The notes: generated by a model not told the origin, from the letters alone. Shown: positions 38,815 to 53,086, counted from the first letter of the stretch. The stretch is DNA of 64,000 nt from Eledone cirrhosa (GCA_964016885.1 OZ024755.1:36890001-36954000), one strand, 5' to 3'. Program-made: numbers and translations.

Positions 38815-40469
38815 TGCCACTATTAATAATGATACCACTATTAATAATGATCAATTAATTCTATCGTGCAATGCCTGTGCATAAAGATTTTTTTTAAATG
38901 AGGAAAGACTGTGCACTGAGCTAATCCCACTCTCTGAGCGACAGTAGCTATAACCCGAAAAGAAGAAAAGATCAACATCATCGGTAACTACTGAACCGCA
39001 GGTTTTATGTCTGAGTTATCCCAGTTTCTTGAGTTGCCTTCTCCTAGAAGAATGCCTTGTCGGGTCACACTTGAGTGCTACTTGTAACATGTGACCCAGT
39101 ACAACCTGTTGCATGGTCGGGTCGTCGGCGACTAAACCGGCAACCCCACCAAGTTTACTTGGTGAGGAGGGGGATTTAGGACACCCTGCAAGACAAAAAA
39201 AAAACAAAAAACCTGACAAAGGGCGGAAGAACTCATAAGAGTCAACGGCCATCCAAAAATGTGTAAATATGTATATACATATATGCATGTGTATATATGT
39301 ATATATAAATATATGTATATACATTTATGCATGTGTATGTATATGCGCGGGGACATAGAAATCATCGGGCTGGACACCCGATCGTGCGGTTAAACCATTG
39401 GGAGTGAAAGATCTCCTAACCTTTGTCACATACATGCATACATTTGCGTGTGTTCGTGTGTGTGATCATGTGTGAGCATGTGTGTCTGTGTGCGTATGTA
39501 TATATACACACATAGTGTGAATATATTCGCACGTCGCCATCTTGCACTTGTTTACTTCACTATAATTATCAACGTATCACGGTGTGCAGATATCTCAACT
39601 GAAATAAGCCTTAGCTCTCAACTGAGGGTTAAATATATTCTAGCAGCAATCATAACCATATTTCTCATATATGAAATGGACAAGTAAAACAATGAAACTA
39701 TTGAATAATTAACGAAATTATTCTGACTCTCTAATTAGGCAATTGTGTTGCAAATAAGTTAATTCTTTTCGGGTATAATTTATTCATATCGAAAGCTTAA
39801 AAGGAATTCACTCAAACCCATTAAATGAAGTAAAATGTTTGTTTGAGATGAGTAGATTTGTTATACAATACAAATAGATATTCATGAAATGTATTTTTTT
39901 GATGTATTAAATATTTAATTAGATATTTAATTGAATATATCAATTCTGGCTAACAATAATTTATTGGCAGAGCAGATATTTCAGCATACAATACGTATAT
40001 CGCATCTCAATATATACGGTAATATATTGTATTTATTAATAGCACCATGTATATTTTACAAATGTTTACTAACTTCTTCATATCTTAAAAAGTCACTAAA
40101 GCAGGCCCTTTGGGTATTTCTATTCCAACTAATAGGTCGAGTGCGACAACACAAAAATGAAAGTCAATGCTGAGAAGACTTGGAACATTCTTCTTCGCGA
40201 GAAAACATACACTGTGCACTCTGCGTGTGAGAGGAGTTAAACTGAAGAATGTGAAGAAGTAAAAGCACCTTGGGGCGGCTTTCAATCCTGATCGAACGTA
40301 GGAGGCTGAATTAAATGCAATAATTGCTGGAGACAGCGAAATAATGTGGCTGTTTCAGTACACGGTCATTCTGTACTCGTGCTTGGCTATATATATGGTC
40401 ATGAATCATGGATAATGACCAAAAGATCGCGGATACAACGGCCATCTAAAAAAAACAAAAAACCTACCA

Positions 40470-40972
40470 AATCAATGGGTGGCAGTAGTTCCAGCTACAC
40501 ACATCAAAAGACTGGTGTAGTGGTTCTGAGAACAACGCGGCTTTGCAGATGATCAATGCAAATTGACAATGGAAAGCACTCCCGCTCGAGTTAGAAGAGA
40601 ACTATTGACCTTCAGGAGAAGCAGCGACCCCTGATTGTATTCAGCAACCGAAACAAATATGAAGTACACCGAATCCAATGCTCCTAGGGGCGGCCCTGGT
40701 TCTTGTCCTCGCTGCACCGGCGGTCGGACGAAGAAGCGTGGGAAGACAGATCGTCTCAATCATTGATACCCTGCTGAGAGATGTCAACATTGATAACATC
40801 GATGAACTGAGAAATGTTATGCTCGACCGGAACGATTGGAGGAGCGTGCTGAACCTTTGTGAGTGTAAACTCGGCTGAAGAAGAAGAAGAAGAAGAAGAA
40901 GAAGAAGAAGAAGAAGAAGAAGAAGAAGAAGAAGAAGAAGAAGAAGAAGAAGAAGAAGAAGAAGAAGAAGAA
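40470..40972 (+). mobile_element. RTE-like LINE 3' end with (GAA)n tail
   Basis: GRRSVGR....IDTLLRD......ELRNVMLDRNDWR then (gaa)~32. Confidence 0.7.
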
Positions 40973-41579
40973 AATGATGATCCTTAGCAGGGTCTTTGGT
41001 GTAAGGTTACACGACAGAGTGCGTAGCTCGGAATACAGGATGTCGCTAATTCTCAACAGCGAGAGATTACAGCTCCAGTCCCATGGGTATAGGGTTAGAT
41101 GGTCAGAGTTTACGGGAAAAGCTGTACGGCAATGGACCCCGATGTTGACTACGTGCAATAAGGTTGGATAACATACACGCATTTCGTCCGAGAGACAATA
41201 AATGCTAGAGGAATCAGAATTTATATCACAGAGGCAACATGTTATACATTATATAATATCGATAATATACGATTCTCGTTCAACCGTTACTCCTGGACAA
41301 GGAATATATAGTGATGTTGATTAGCACCAGTCCGCTTCAAGCAGCCCTGAAATAAACGGCAATTCATTCGTGAATCATAAACTTTGTTTCAAATATATTT
41401 AATAATTGTTTCTACTTTTGGCACAAGGCCAGCAATTACCCAGTGCATTACTGGTACTTTATTTTATCGACCCCGCTGCAATTCTTAGCTATTAGAGCGA
41501 TATCGTATACGCTTGCCGTAGCAGAGCCAGGGATTCGTGTTGGAGGATAACGTATGTCTTATAGAACTTATCTCAATGT

Positions 41580-41975
41580 ATTATTGTAGTAAATGAAGTT
41601 CAAATCCCGCCGAGGTTAACTTTGCCTTTCATCCTTACGGGGTCGATAAAATAAAGTACCAGTAATGTACTGGGTAATTGCTGGTCTTGTGCCAAAGTAG
41701 AAACAATTATTGTAGTAAATGAAGTTCAAATCCCGCCGAGGTTAGCTTTGCCTTTCATCCTTACGGGGTCGATAAAATAAAGTACCAGTAATGCACTGAG
41801 TAATTGCTGGCCTTGTGCCAAAGTAGAAACAATTATTGTAGTAAATGAAGTTCAAATCCCGCCGAGGTTAACTTTGCCTTTCATCCTTACGGGGTCGATA
41901 AAATAAAGTACCAGTAATGCACTGAGTAATTGCTGGCCTTGTGCCAAAGTAGAAACAATTATTGTAGTAAATGAA
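41580..41975 (+). repeat. 126-bp x3 tandem of 5'-truncated SINE A plus its TSD
   Basis: attattgtagtaaatgaa recurs at ~41580, 41706, 41832, 41958. Confidence 0.9.
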
Positions 41976-42114
41976 ATATATTCATATCAACTGAGGTTCG
42001 CAGAAGCTTTCATTTTCTATATAAATTTTCTACAAATTATAATTATTTGTACTAATTTCGTTTGTTGAATTTAATAGCCTTTATATTATTAAAAAAAGAC
42101 AGCACGGAAGTGAC

Positions 42115-42873
42115 ACGAGGGTAAGCTGGGAAAGTTCATAGGCTGACCAAGATACTCTCATGGAATCACCAAATGAAGTCTATGTCTCAAGATAGTCCCT
42201 GGAAAGAAACAATGCAGCTATTGACGGGAGTTGACTGAAGAGTTCATAAGCTGACCAAGATACTCTCATGGAATCACCAAATGAGGTTTATTTTTCAACA
42301 TAGTACTTGGAAAGAAACAATACAGTTATTAATAAGAAGAATTGAAATTAATCCATGCAAGATTTCACAATTCTACCATCACTCCTTCATAGTCAGCATA
42401 TGAACTTTTCAGCCGAACCTCACATTTATGTAATTCACAGGAATAGGTTTCACGTATCATGGTGATTCAACGAGTAATCGAAAGCGCTCCGTAGAATGAA
42501 CATGGAGTTATGGCCCTTTACCGCCATGTAAGGCGGTAGATTGGCAGTAACGGTAGAGCGTCAGACACCATGCTTTGCAGCATAGAGTTATGGCCCTTTA
42601 CCGCCATGTAAGGCGGTAGATTGGCAGTATCGGTAGAGCGTCAGACACCATGCTTGGAAAGAAACAATACAGTTATTGGAAAGAAACAATACAGTTATTA
42701 ATAAGAAGAATTGAAATTAATCCATGCAAGATTTCACAATTCTACCATCACTCTTTCATAGTCAGCATATGAACTTTTCAGCCGATCCTCACATTTATGT
42801 AATTCACAGGAATAGGTTTCACGTATCAAGGTGATTCAACGAGTAATCGAAAGCGCTTCGTAGAATGAACATG
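42115..42873. mobile_element. mariner-type MITE (42115-42422) partly duplicated (42307-42503 vs 42677-42873) around SINE-head units
   Basis: TIR-like cgagggtaagctgggaaagttcataggctgac / gtcagcatatgaacttttcagccgaacctc. Confidence 0.65.
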
Positions 42874-43113
42874 TTCGAGGTTTACTTGCATTTACCAGGA
42901 GAAAAATGAAACTTTGGCTTCAAATCATTCAAGATTTTGGAAATTTTTAACACAAAATTTGAAAAATTAAATTGATGAGAATTATTTAAGTTTCAATTAA
43001 ATTAAAAATTAAGTAAAAGCAGCGTTTGAATATATCAGCAGACAGCCTAAGTGAATATAGGGGAAAATATTGTTTTCACTTTTGTAAATATTATGGTAAT
43101 ATTAATAAAATTA

Positions 43114-43910
<797 letters not shown>

Positions 43911-44038
43911 AAAGAAACCAAAGAACGCTTACATACTCAAAGAAACAATACAGTTACTGCAATAATACAGTACGGTGAGTAGATGTTTATGCACATACGC
44001 TCCGCACTTTACGTAAATAAATATATATATATATTTTA

Positions 44039-44095
<57 letters not shown>

Positions 44096-44248
44096 TTCGC
44101 CTTCCTTTCTGATTTTCGTATACACTTTCTACTTCACACACACATAAAAATGTATCTGCATGTACGTATATCAATCTATCTATCTTTACTTCTGCCCCCC
44201 CCCCCCTCTTGCTCAACACATGCACACATAACACACATCACACACACA

Positions 44249-44338
<90 letters not shown>

Positions 44339-44349
44339 TAAAGAAATGG

Positions 44350-44425
<76 letters not shown>

Positions 44426-44448
44426 GTGTATATATATATATATATGTG

Positions 44449-44494
<46 letters not shown>

Positions 44495-46391
44495 GATTTT
44501 GAGTTTATGTTGGTTGTATACCAACACCTCAGTATGCAGGCTGGAGCACTCGACGAAGTGCGCAGGTTGGTTTGGTTACTCCGGAGTAGTGTAAAATAAA
44601 GTTAAATAAAAGTCAAATGATTAAAATTTAGCTTCGTTTATTACTGCTATATATATTTCAGTGACAGCCATCTTTGGCTGTGACCTCTTCAGGCAGTTTG
44701 AATTAGTATGGTATAGACAAGTACATATGTTGTTTAGGTGTATGATATTGTCAATACTCTGATATGCCCAGTTCCTTGCTGGGTTGTTAATTCACTGGGG
44801 AACTGGAGTCATATGAATTCAAACAAACGAATTTTCGTGTCACAGGTCCCCTTCTCCTCTCATTGGTCAGTTATTAGTGTTGTCATTGTTGGAGTTAGCT
44901 TAAAAATTGATAAAATGGTAGAAGGGACAAGGTGTTGAAGGAACAAAATATCAAAAAATGTGTCAAACTTCCCATTGTTCAGTTCTGAGAGCATTCCTCA
45001 GTCAGAAGTCTATAGAATTCTTTCTGGGGTGAGGTTCCCTGTAGTGTTTATGCCTGCTATTGTTCAGTACATTTGACCTCCACCATTATTTTGGTACTGT
45101 TGTTGTTGTAGTGGTCAGCTTATACCTTGCTGCTGCTAACAATTTAGAAGTATTCAGTTTGTGTTTTCTCTTCATCCCACCAGCCACCATCGTAGTGGTG
45201 GTGGCGGGGGGGGGGGGTTCTTTCATGTATATGAAGAAATATAAGGCAATAAATGAAGAAAACAGAAGATAAATAAATAATATAATAAAATAAAATAATT
45301 AATATAATTTGTGTAATTTGAAAATAAATAAATAAATAGAGAATAAAGAATAAAGAGTAAATGAGAGATTGGTGAAAAAGTAATGATAATGTATATGGAG
45401 AAGTGAGAAATAATGTAGGATAAAGTGTGTGTGTGTGTGTGCTATAACCAATCTCAAGGTCAGAATATGTTGGATAGATTGGTATGATACAAGATGTTAA
45501 GATGAGATATTCAATGTGTTTGTGTTATAATCTATCTCAACTTAAAATAAATATAAGGTTATACAGTGAAGAGGGCAGAAAACAAATAACAAATTAATAA
45601 AGAGAAATCAAGATTTAAGATTGGAACTTTAAAGTCAGAAATCTGGTAAATTAAAAGTGTTTGTGTTATAGATGTTGGCCAGATTATTATGGCTGTGTCC
45701 GATTCTATATCTAGGCTATCATGGTGTCTGCTCCGCCTGGGTTGTTCCCTATGGCTTGAGGGGAGTTCACAACCTAGGGTGTTGTAATTGTCCATATAGC
45801 TTGAGGGAGGTCTGGCCGAGAGGTGTTTTCATGTTCTGTAGAAGTCCCTATAGCTTGAGGGGAGTTCACATCTTCTTGTGTTGCTACTGTCCATATATTT
45901 TGAGAAAGGTCCCGGCTCTAAGGTGTCTGCATGTCCCGAAGAAGTCGGTTCTGAGGTTTATCAGGCCGCTTCCACCTCTTAGTATCTCGAGGGTCTCGTT
46001 CAGGCATAGTTTGCAATGGGAAGTTTGACACATTTTTTGATATTTTGTTCCTTCAACACCTTGTCCCTTCTACCATTTTATCAATTTTTAAGCTAACTCC
46101 AACAATGACAACACTAATAACTGACCAATGAGAGGAGAAGGGGACCTGTGACACGAAAATTCGTTTGTCTAAATTCATATGACTCCAGTTCCCCAGTGAA
46201 TTAACAGCCCAGCAAGGAACTGGGCATATCAGAGTATTGACAATATCATACACCTAAACAACATATGTACTTGTCTATACCATACTAATTCAAACTGCCT
46301 GAAGAGGTCACAGCCAAAGATGGCTGTCACTGAAATATATATAGCAGTAATAAACGAAGCTAAATTTTAATCATTTGACTTTATTTAACTT

Positions 46392-46398
<7 letters not shown>
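44495..46398 (-). mobile_element. 5'-truncated Penelope-like element with inverted pseudo-LTR
   Basis: ~385-bp inverted repeats 44593-44978 / 46014-46398; minus-strand HCKLCLNETLEIL....LINLRTDFFGTCRH at ~46018-45884; hammerheads in both repeats; (TA)n flanks. Confidence 0.88.
46294..46348 (+). ncRNA. type I hammerhead (mirror copy 44643-44697 minus)
   Basis: actgc-CTGAAGA-ggt c acagcca aaga tggctgt c act-GAAA-tatata-TA-gcagt. Confidence 0.85.
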
Positions 46399-46431
<33 letters not shown>

Positions 46432-46436
<5 letters not shown>

Positions 46437-46720
46437 ATTAAATAAATGGAAACTATATTTATAAAACCATATTTATTTCATTATATATATTTCAGGGATA
46501 TCATATTAACAATATGCTATGCCTTCCTCAGACAAAATACAATATAAACAGTTTTATAGATAAATAGATTCGATATACCGTAACAACATCTACTTGCATT
46601 TGAGAAGGTTGATTTGGTAGTGATATTTGTAAATATACTCCAAATATTTGTCGAGTGCTTTTATATCAGTTATAAATATTTACTAGTTGTAACCCAACAA
46701 TTTAAATATAACTTTCCATA
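46432..46720 (-). mobile_element. PLE-like cassette with hammerhead (46475-46538)
   Basis: Minus: attttgt-CTGAGGA-...-GAAA-tatata-TA-atgaaat. Confidence 0.75.
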
Positions 46721-46911
46721 TATATATATATATATATATAATACATTATAAAGAAAGAAGAAACATTAGATATAAATAAAAAGATATAATATACCTAAAT
46801 TCCTTCATTATCCTCGACTACGTAGTTTCGTGGCTATTACGCAAAAGCATTACATCATGGAGATGCAGTATTATGGTGTCCGACCCTCTACCGATACTGC
46901 CAATTAACCGC

Positions 46912-47313
46912 GTTTATTACTAGATTTAGCAGTTTATTAATATGTGTTTTATCTTGTAAATTTGCGAAAATAAATGTGTATACTAAACATGCATTATATA
47001 TAATGCATGTTTAGTATACACATTTATTTTCGCAAATTTACAAGATAAAAGGAACGATCGACTTTCGTCAAATCGAACCGAGGGAACAATGTTTCCGTTG
47101 GTCTTTCCAATTGCTAATACTATCTATCCGTCGCAACTCCAGGTAGAAGGAGCAACGTGAAATAAAGTGTCTTGCTCAAGGACATAACGCATCGCCTGGT
47201 CCAGGAATCGAACTCACAACCTTACGATTGCGAATCCAATTCTCTAACCACTCAGCCACACGCATTCACTAGATAAAACGCATATTAATAAACTGCTAAA
47301 TCTAGTAATAAAC
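46912..47313. repeat. palindrome (centre ~46999) interrupted by SINE B (47051-47270, minus) with TSD agataaaa
   Basis: Right arm resumes at 47271 after the SINE. Confidence 0.8.
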
Positions 47314-48399
47314 AAGCTGATACAAACAACGATAGATGCTTAGATATGTTAAGATATTAATAGCTAGATAATGTGTTGTAGATAGTATAAGATATTGGTA
47401 GATTTCATATAATTTACATTCTCTCACTGTCAAACTAATTCTATCCTCTGCAATCTTAAAAGGTTTCTCTCTATAATTTTATTAGCGCCAGTCATCACTC
47501 GCTTAATTCATTCAAACTGTATATCATTTTTTAACATAACCAAGCATATGTTTGAGTTTACCGTAATTTAGTTTTTACGCGTTTTAGCAACATCCAACCT
47601 ACCACTCACGTTGATATAGTGGCTGTCATTTGAAAACCACCAACTGTCAATCTCTGTGCCCACGTAAGTTATATTATGACATTAAATCATAGAATACCTT
47701 ACATTCGGGTAATGTGGACGCTAATTATTTCGAAATACCAATACTGAAACATGCAACATTTCTAGACTGAAATTAAAGTTATAAAATCTGCGACGAGTCA
47801 TTATTCTTGTTTTTCTCTCTGTGGGTCAACCATAATCGAGTAGATCTAAGAATAAAGGTATTTTAGCTATGGCCAAGGGCATTGTTTCCGGGGGGGGGGG
47901 GGGTACCAGTGTACAAGTTCCCCCACTTTTTCAGGAATGGGGAACAAACCATCTTTTGTTTTTTGTTTATTTGATATAATAAATTCTTTTTAAGCTTATT
48001 TTTTTTTATATCTGAACTTCATTTGAATATATAAAATTTAATTAGTGGTAAGGTCCGGGAAAGGCACCATTAGCAATATTAACATGCTTCTTTAAGAATC
48101 AACAAATGTTGGTTTGTCCCCCTCAGATTTTTAAGGCAAATGAGGCCCCTGGCTATTGCCATCAGTTGTTTTCTGTTGTTTTTTTGTACACACAGTGCAT
48201 CTAATATTAAAATATCTATTATGACGTTTGTGTTTAAATCGCAGTGGTTTATAGTTTTATAAGGTTTAAGATGCAATATCTACAATACCTATCACAATGA
48301 GAAACTATATAGGGGTCTTTACTTGTCGTAATAGGGAGTATGTGGAGCTGATGGTAAAGTACCAATAAAATCTTCGTTAATATATAATGGTTAAATCTA

Positions 48400-48521
48400 C
48401 AGGGTGGGCCAGAATTCGTGACTCACTTGATTATCTATTATCTATTATTATACAATAACAATAAAATAAGCATGTTAAGAAACATAACAAACAAGCGATT
48501 CATGAATTCTGGCCCACCCTG
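48400..48521. mobile_element. Tc1/mariner-type MITE
   Basis: TA-cagggtgggccagaattc...gaattctggcccaccctg-TA. Confidence 0.8.
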
Positions 48522-48825
48522 TATATTATCAGATCAAGTAAATTAAAGAATTTTATTTCGTTCCATTGTTAGGTTTACGTCAAAGTGTATCATTGGAACT
48601 CGTCTATGGAAATATGTAGAAATGTCTATTTCTAATACAGACAAAATGGCAGGAACTATGTTACGTCCGTATTGTAGATTCTTTACGAAAGAGATTCATA
48701 CGCAGAAGAAGAGAAACAGACTTGTAAAGATTTATAGTAAGGTCGTCAAGTATGAAATTTGTAGAAATTTGTTTTTTTTCTAAAGATTTCTACAAATTTA
48801 ATACTTGACGACCCAATAGTTTAAA

Positions 48826-49602
48826 CGGTGGATTGGCAGTAACGGTAGAGCGTCAGACACCATGCTTTGCAGCATGGAGTTATGGCCCTTTACCGTCATG
48901 TAAGGCGGTGGATTGGCAGTAACGGTAGAGCGTCAGACACCATGCTTTGCAGCATGGAGTTATGGCCCTTTACCGCCATGTAAGGCGGTAGATTGGCAGT
49001 ATCGGTAGAGCGTCAGACACCATGCTTTGCAGCATAGAGTTATGGCCCTTTACCGCCATGTAAGGCGGTCGATTGGCAGTATCGGTAGACCGTCAGACAC
49101 CATGCTTTGCAGCATAGAGTTATGGCCCTTTACCGCCATGTAAGGCGGTCGATTGGCAGTAACGGTAGAGCGTCAGACACCATACTTTGCAGCATAGAGT
49201 TATGGCCCTTTACCGCCATGTAAGGCGGTGGATTGGAAGTATCGGTAGAGGGTCGGACGCCATGCTTTCCAGCATAGTTACGTCCCTTTACGATCTGAGT
49301 TCAAATCCCGCCGAGGTTAACTTTACCTTTCATCCTTACGGGGTCGATAAAATAAAGTACCAGTAATGCACTGGGGTTAATTGCTGGCCTTGTGCCAAAA
49401 GTAGAAACTCTTAGTGGTGGATTGGCAGTATCGGTAGCGGGTCGGCTGCCATGCTTTGTAGCACAGAGTTACGTTCCTTTACGTTCTGAGTTCAAATCCC
49501 GCCGAAGTTAACTTTGCCTTACATCCTTACGGGGTCGATAAAATAAAGTACCAGTAATGCACTGGGGGTAATTGCTGACCCCGTGCCAAAAGTAGAACCA
49601 GT
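48826..49602 (+). repeat. 80-bp x5 array of SINE A heads followed by two full SINE A copies
   Basis: Units start at 48826, 48906, 48986, 49066, 49146; full SINEs at 49224-49410 and 49415-49600. Confidence 0.9.
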
Positions 49603-50689
49603 TATTTTTAATGTCGTAGACAAATGTAGATCGTGTTTCAATAATCATTTACAAAACTAAATGATCAGCTATATAGTTCACATCGTCTTAATCCAAAGAC
49701 AATATAATCAACAGAAATAGAAAATCTATTGATTGAACAAATATTTTTTCAATTACATAAATCGGAAAATATAAGCGATTATTTTCTTAAGGTCACAAGT
49801 ACCAAAGCGAAACCATTTATTAACCACTTTGCAAAGGTGAAAACAGAAATGCACATTTTCCAATATATTATCTCGAGATATGCTTCCACGTTATACAGTT
49901 GTTTTATCCATAAATAATTGTTTCTACTTTTGGCACAAGGCCAGCAACTACCCAGTGCATTACTGGTACTTTATTTTATCATTGTCCTCTTCGTTTATAT
50001 TCTACATTTTTCAACATTCAGATAATTATAAAAGAAATACGTTATCGAGCATGCAAAGATGGGATTACAGAAATAAATGAAATTATTCTCCTGTAAAACT
50101 CAAAAACGAACAACGCATCACATGTATCGTTATGAAAGATTTCTGACCAGATATGTTGCTTTGGTCATCATATGGAATTAAGCAACGACATACATATTTG
50201 TAGTAGGCAGAAAAATATAAATAACAATAACAGGAACAACAACAATAATAATAACAAAAATAAAAACAACAACAATAATAATTGTTTCTACTTTAGGCAC
50301 AAGGCCAGCAATTCACCAGTGTATTACTGGTACTTTATTTTATCGACCCCGTAAGGATGAAAGGCAAAGTCAACCTCGGTGGGATTTGAACTCAGATCGT
50401 AAAGGGACGTAACTATGCTGCCAATCCACCGCCTTATCCGTTTTATCCATAAATAATTAAAAACAATTATACTTCTTGACTAAAATGTAATCTTACATTT
50501 TATAATCAACTAGACCGCCCGTCACCCGTTGGGTTACGTTCACTTCAAAATATTTTCAAAAAATCATGATCACTTAAAAATAATTTTTTAATAATTAAAA
50601 TATACACAGACATGTATATAATGTGAAATGAAACTGGAGGGGCCCATATATATACGTGTGTGTATGTGTATATATATAAATATGTATAT

Positions 50690-50884
50690 AACGAAGGAAA
50701 TGTGGTAAGGAACCAGGTGGACCATAACGCACCAAAGTACTCAATACTTAGGGTAGTAGAGTGGGTAATAGGAACGAGTAGGACCCCGACGGCTGAGCTC
50801 AAGCCGTTTCGACGGCTAATTCTGGACTCCAGAATTAGCCGTCGAAACGGCTTGAGCTCAGCCGTCGGGGTCCTACTCGTTCCT
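50690..50884 (-). mobile_element. second copy of the 5179-5374 hairpin cassette
   Basis: Near-identical, including the hairpin apex ctgga-c-tccag. Confidence 0.8.
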
Positions 50885-50886
50885 AA

Positions 50887-50946
<60 letters not shown>

Positions 50947-51792
50947 ATATATATATGTGGGTGTCTGTAATCTATATGCACTGGTCATAGACACATACAC
51001 ACATATACACACACATATATATATACACACACTCACATATATATACACACAACAACAGCACCAGCTCTCTTCCATTCTCCTTCTCTCTCTCGTCTCCCTC
51101 TCTCTCTGTCTCTCTTTCAATCTACTCTCTCACAACCACTATCTCTTCATCTGTCTCTTTTTCTCTCTCTTTGTTTATGAAGGTACCCGGGAAAACCCCA
51201 TATCCCGGGAACACATGTTCCGATTTACGCGAAACTTGTTTCATTCCATTTGTATTCCCATTTCAGGGTCAACTTCCTTTCAAAGTATTTTCCCATTATG
51301 CGCCCTTTTGGCTGTATTACATTACAGACAAGCAAGCAAGCAATCACAGACTTTTAGTAATATATCGATTGACCGCTTAGTCATCAATAATATCTGTACG
51401 TGAGGTGTAACAAAAAATGCAAGCAACTTAATATTTCCTAATGAAAGGAAGTCAAAACTATTCAGAGTGGAGCCGTATATATTTATGCGCAGGTTTGTTT
51501 TGTGACGAGGTCAAAGAGCGCGACAGTTGCTGTCATGCAGCCAGTTTGTGATGCTTTGTATTAATTACACGTTGCATTTTCGTTTCGCCAATTACTGCCA
51601 ACAAGAATTCTAAGTTCCTGAACGTTGTAATAACTGTTTCTACTTTAGGCACAAGGCCAGCAATTACCCAGTGCATTACTGGTACTTGTCATAATAAATG
51701 GTGATTAGTGTTGTATTGAGTTTTAAGGTGAATATATTTTAATGTTATGGCTAGGAAAGATAGTATATTAAAAGATGAAAATTATAATAAGA

Positions 51793-51981
51793 TAATTGTT
51801 TCTACTTTAGGAACAAGGCCAGCAATTACCCAGTGCATTACTGGTACTTTATTTTATCGACCCCGTAAGGATGAAAGGCAAAGTCAACCTCGGCGGGATT
51901 TGAACTCAGATCGTAAAGGGACGTAACTATGCTGGAAAGCATGGCGTCCGACCCTCTACCGATACTGCCAATCCACCGCCC
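51793..51981 (-). mobile_element. SINE family A (further reverse copies at 50278-50434, 52160-52320, 63435-63624)
   Basis: Family motifs. Confidence 0.9.
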
Positions 51982-52339
51982 TTCACGTTGCAATAACTAG
52001 AGACAGGATGTAGTATACAGGTACGATTCAAACTCCAAAGCCCACTCGTCACAGATGCTTCATCCAACGCATGTTAAGTACAGAATAAAATAAAAGTGAG
52101 TCTGACAGTTTTCAAGGCATTGTTCATGACGAATACACACCAGGACAACTACTGGGTAATATTTGTTTCTACTTTTGGCACTTGACCAGCAATTATCTCA
52201 GTGCATTACTGGTACTTTATTTCATCGACCCCGTAATTATGAAAGCCAAAGTTAATCTCGGCGGGATTTGAGTACAGAACATAAAGGGTCGTAACTCTAT
52301 GCTGCAGAGCATGGCATCAGGAAATACTCCAGTACTCCA

Positions 52340-52730
52340 AGCGCATGAGATCAAATATGTAGGCTTCCAAACACTAACACTTGAACATAATGTCCCGGCT
52401 CACTGAGCACAGTTGATATAACGTTTGGTAAAAGGATTCGCTCAAACACCTGGCTTCCTCTTCTCCAGACATGGCTTTTTCTGATGTTTGGGTGTTCCCC
52501 AAAACGAAGATGCCACTAAAAATCTCGTGCTTTGAGAGCCGAGATGACATTCCTTGGACTGCGACGGCGGAGCTCTGTGAACGATTCTGGAAGAATCCTT
52601 CTAGCCGTGCTTGGAACAGAGGAAGAGTCGCTGAACTAAGAGGCTCCTATATCGAAGGGGATTTGCAATTGAACCCCAACCAAGTAGGTAATAGCTTTCC
52701 CCAGCCTAGTGTCGGGTATTTGTGAAATAC
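52340..52730 (+). pseudogene. mariner transposase C-terminal remnant
   Basis: SSPDMAFSDVWVFPKTK (YSPDLAPSD-like) ... W.......RGSYIEGD. Confidence 0.75.
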
Positions 52731-53086
52731 AATATCAATATATGTACTTGACTCTATATCTTCTTATTATTCCTGGGAGAGTCGTGAGGGCAGAGTCCTT
52801 AAACACTCCTTCCAACGGTTCCTGACAGAAGCAACCGTCTCCAACTGACTCAACTGGATTCCCAAGCGTGACGAGCTAAGCTCATGGATGTTATCCAACA
52901 TATTTGCTCGGCATCTACTCCCGGGTCTCCTACCAGTTGGTTTTATCCGTAAAATCTGACCAGCAGTTCTGTATATCTATCCAGGAAAATCAAACAAAAG
53001 CAATGTTCTTGGGTGTTCCACCATGCTTACAACCATCTCGGTATTACCACAATGATATTATTTACAAATATTATTTCAGCTTGAAG

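Noticed and set aside
47190-47265. tRNA gene candidates in SINE heads
   Set aside because: A and B boxes are present but run straight into SINE bodies, with no clean cloverleaf or terminator
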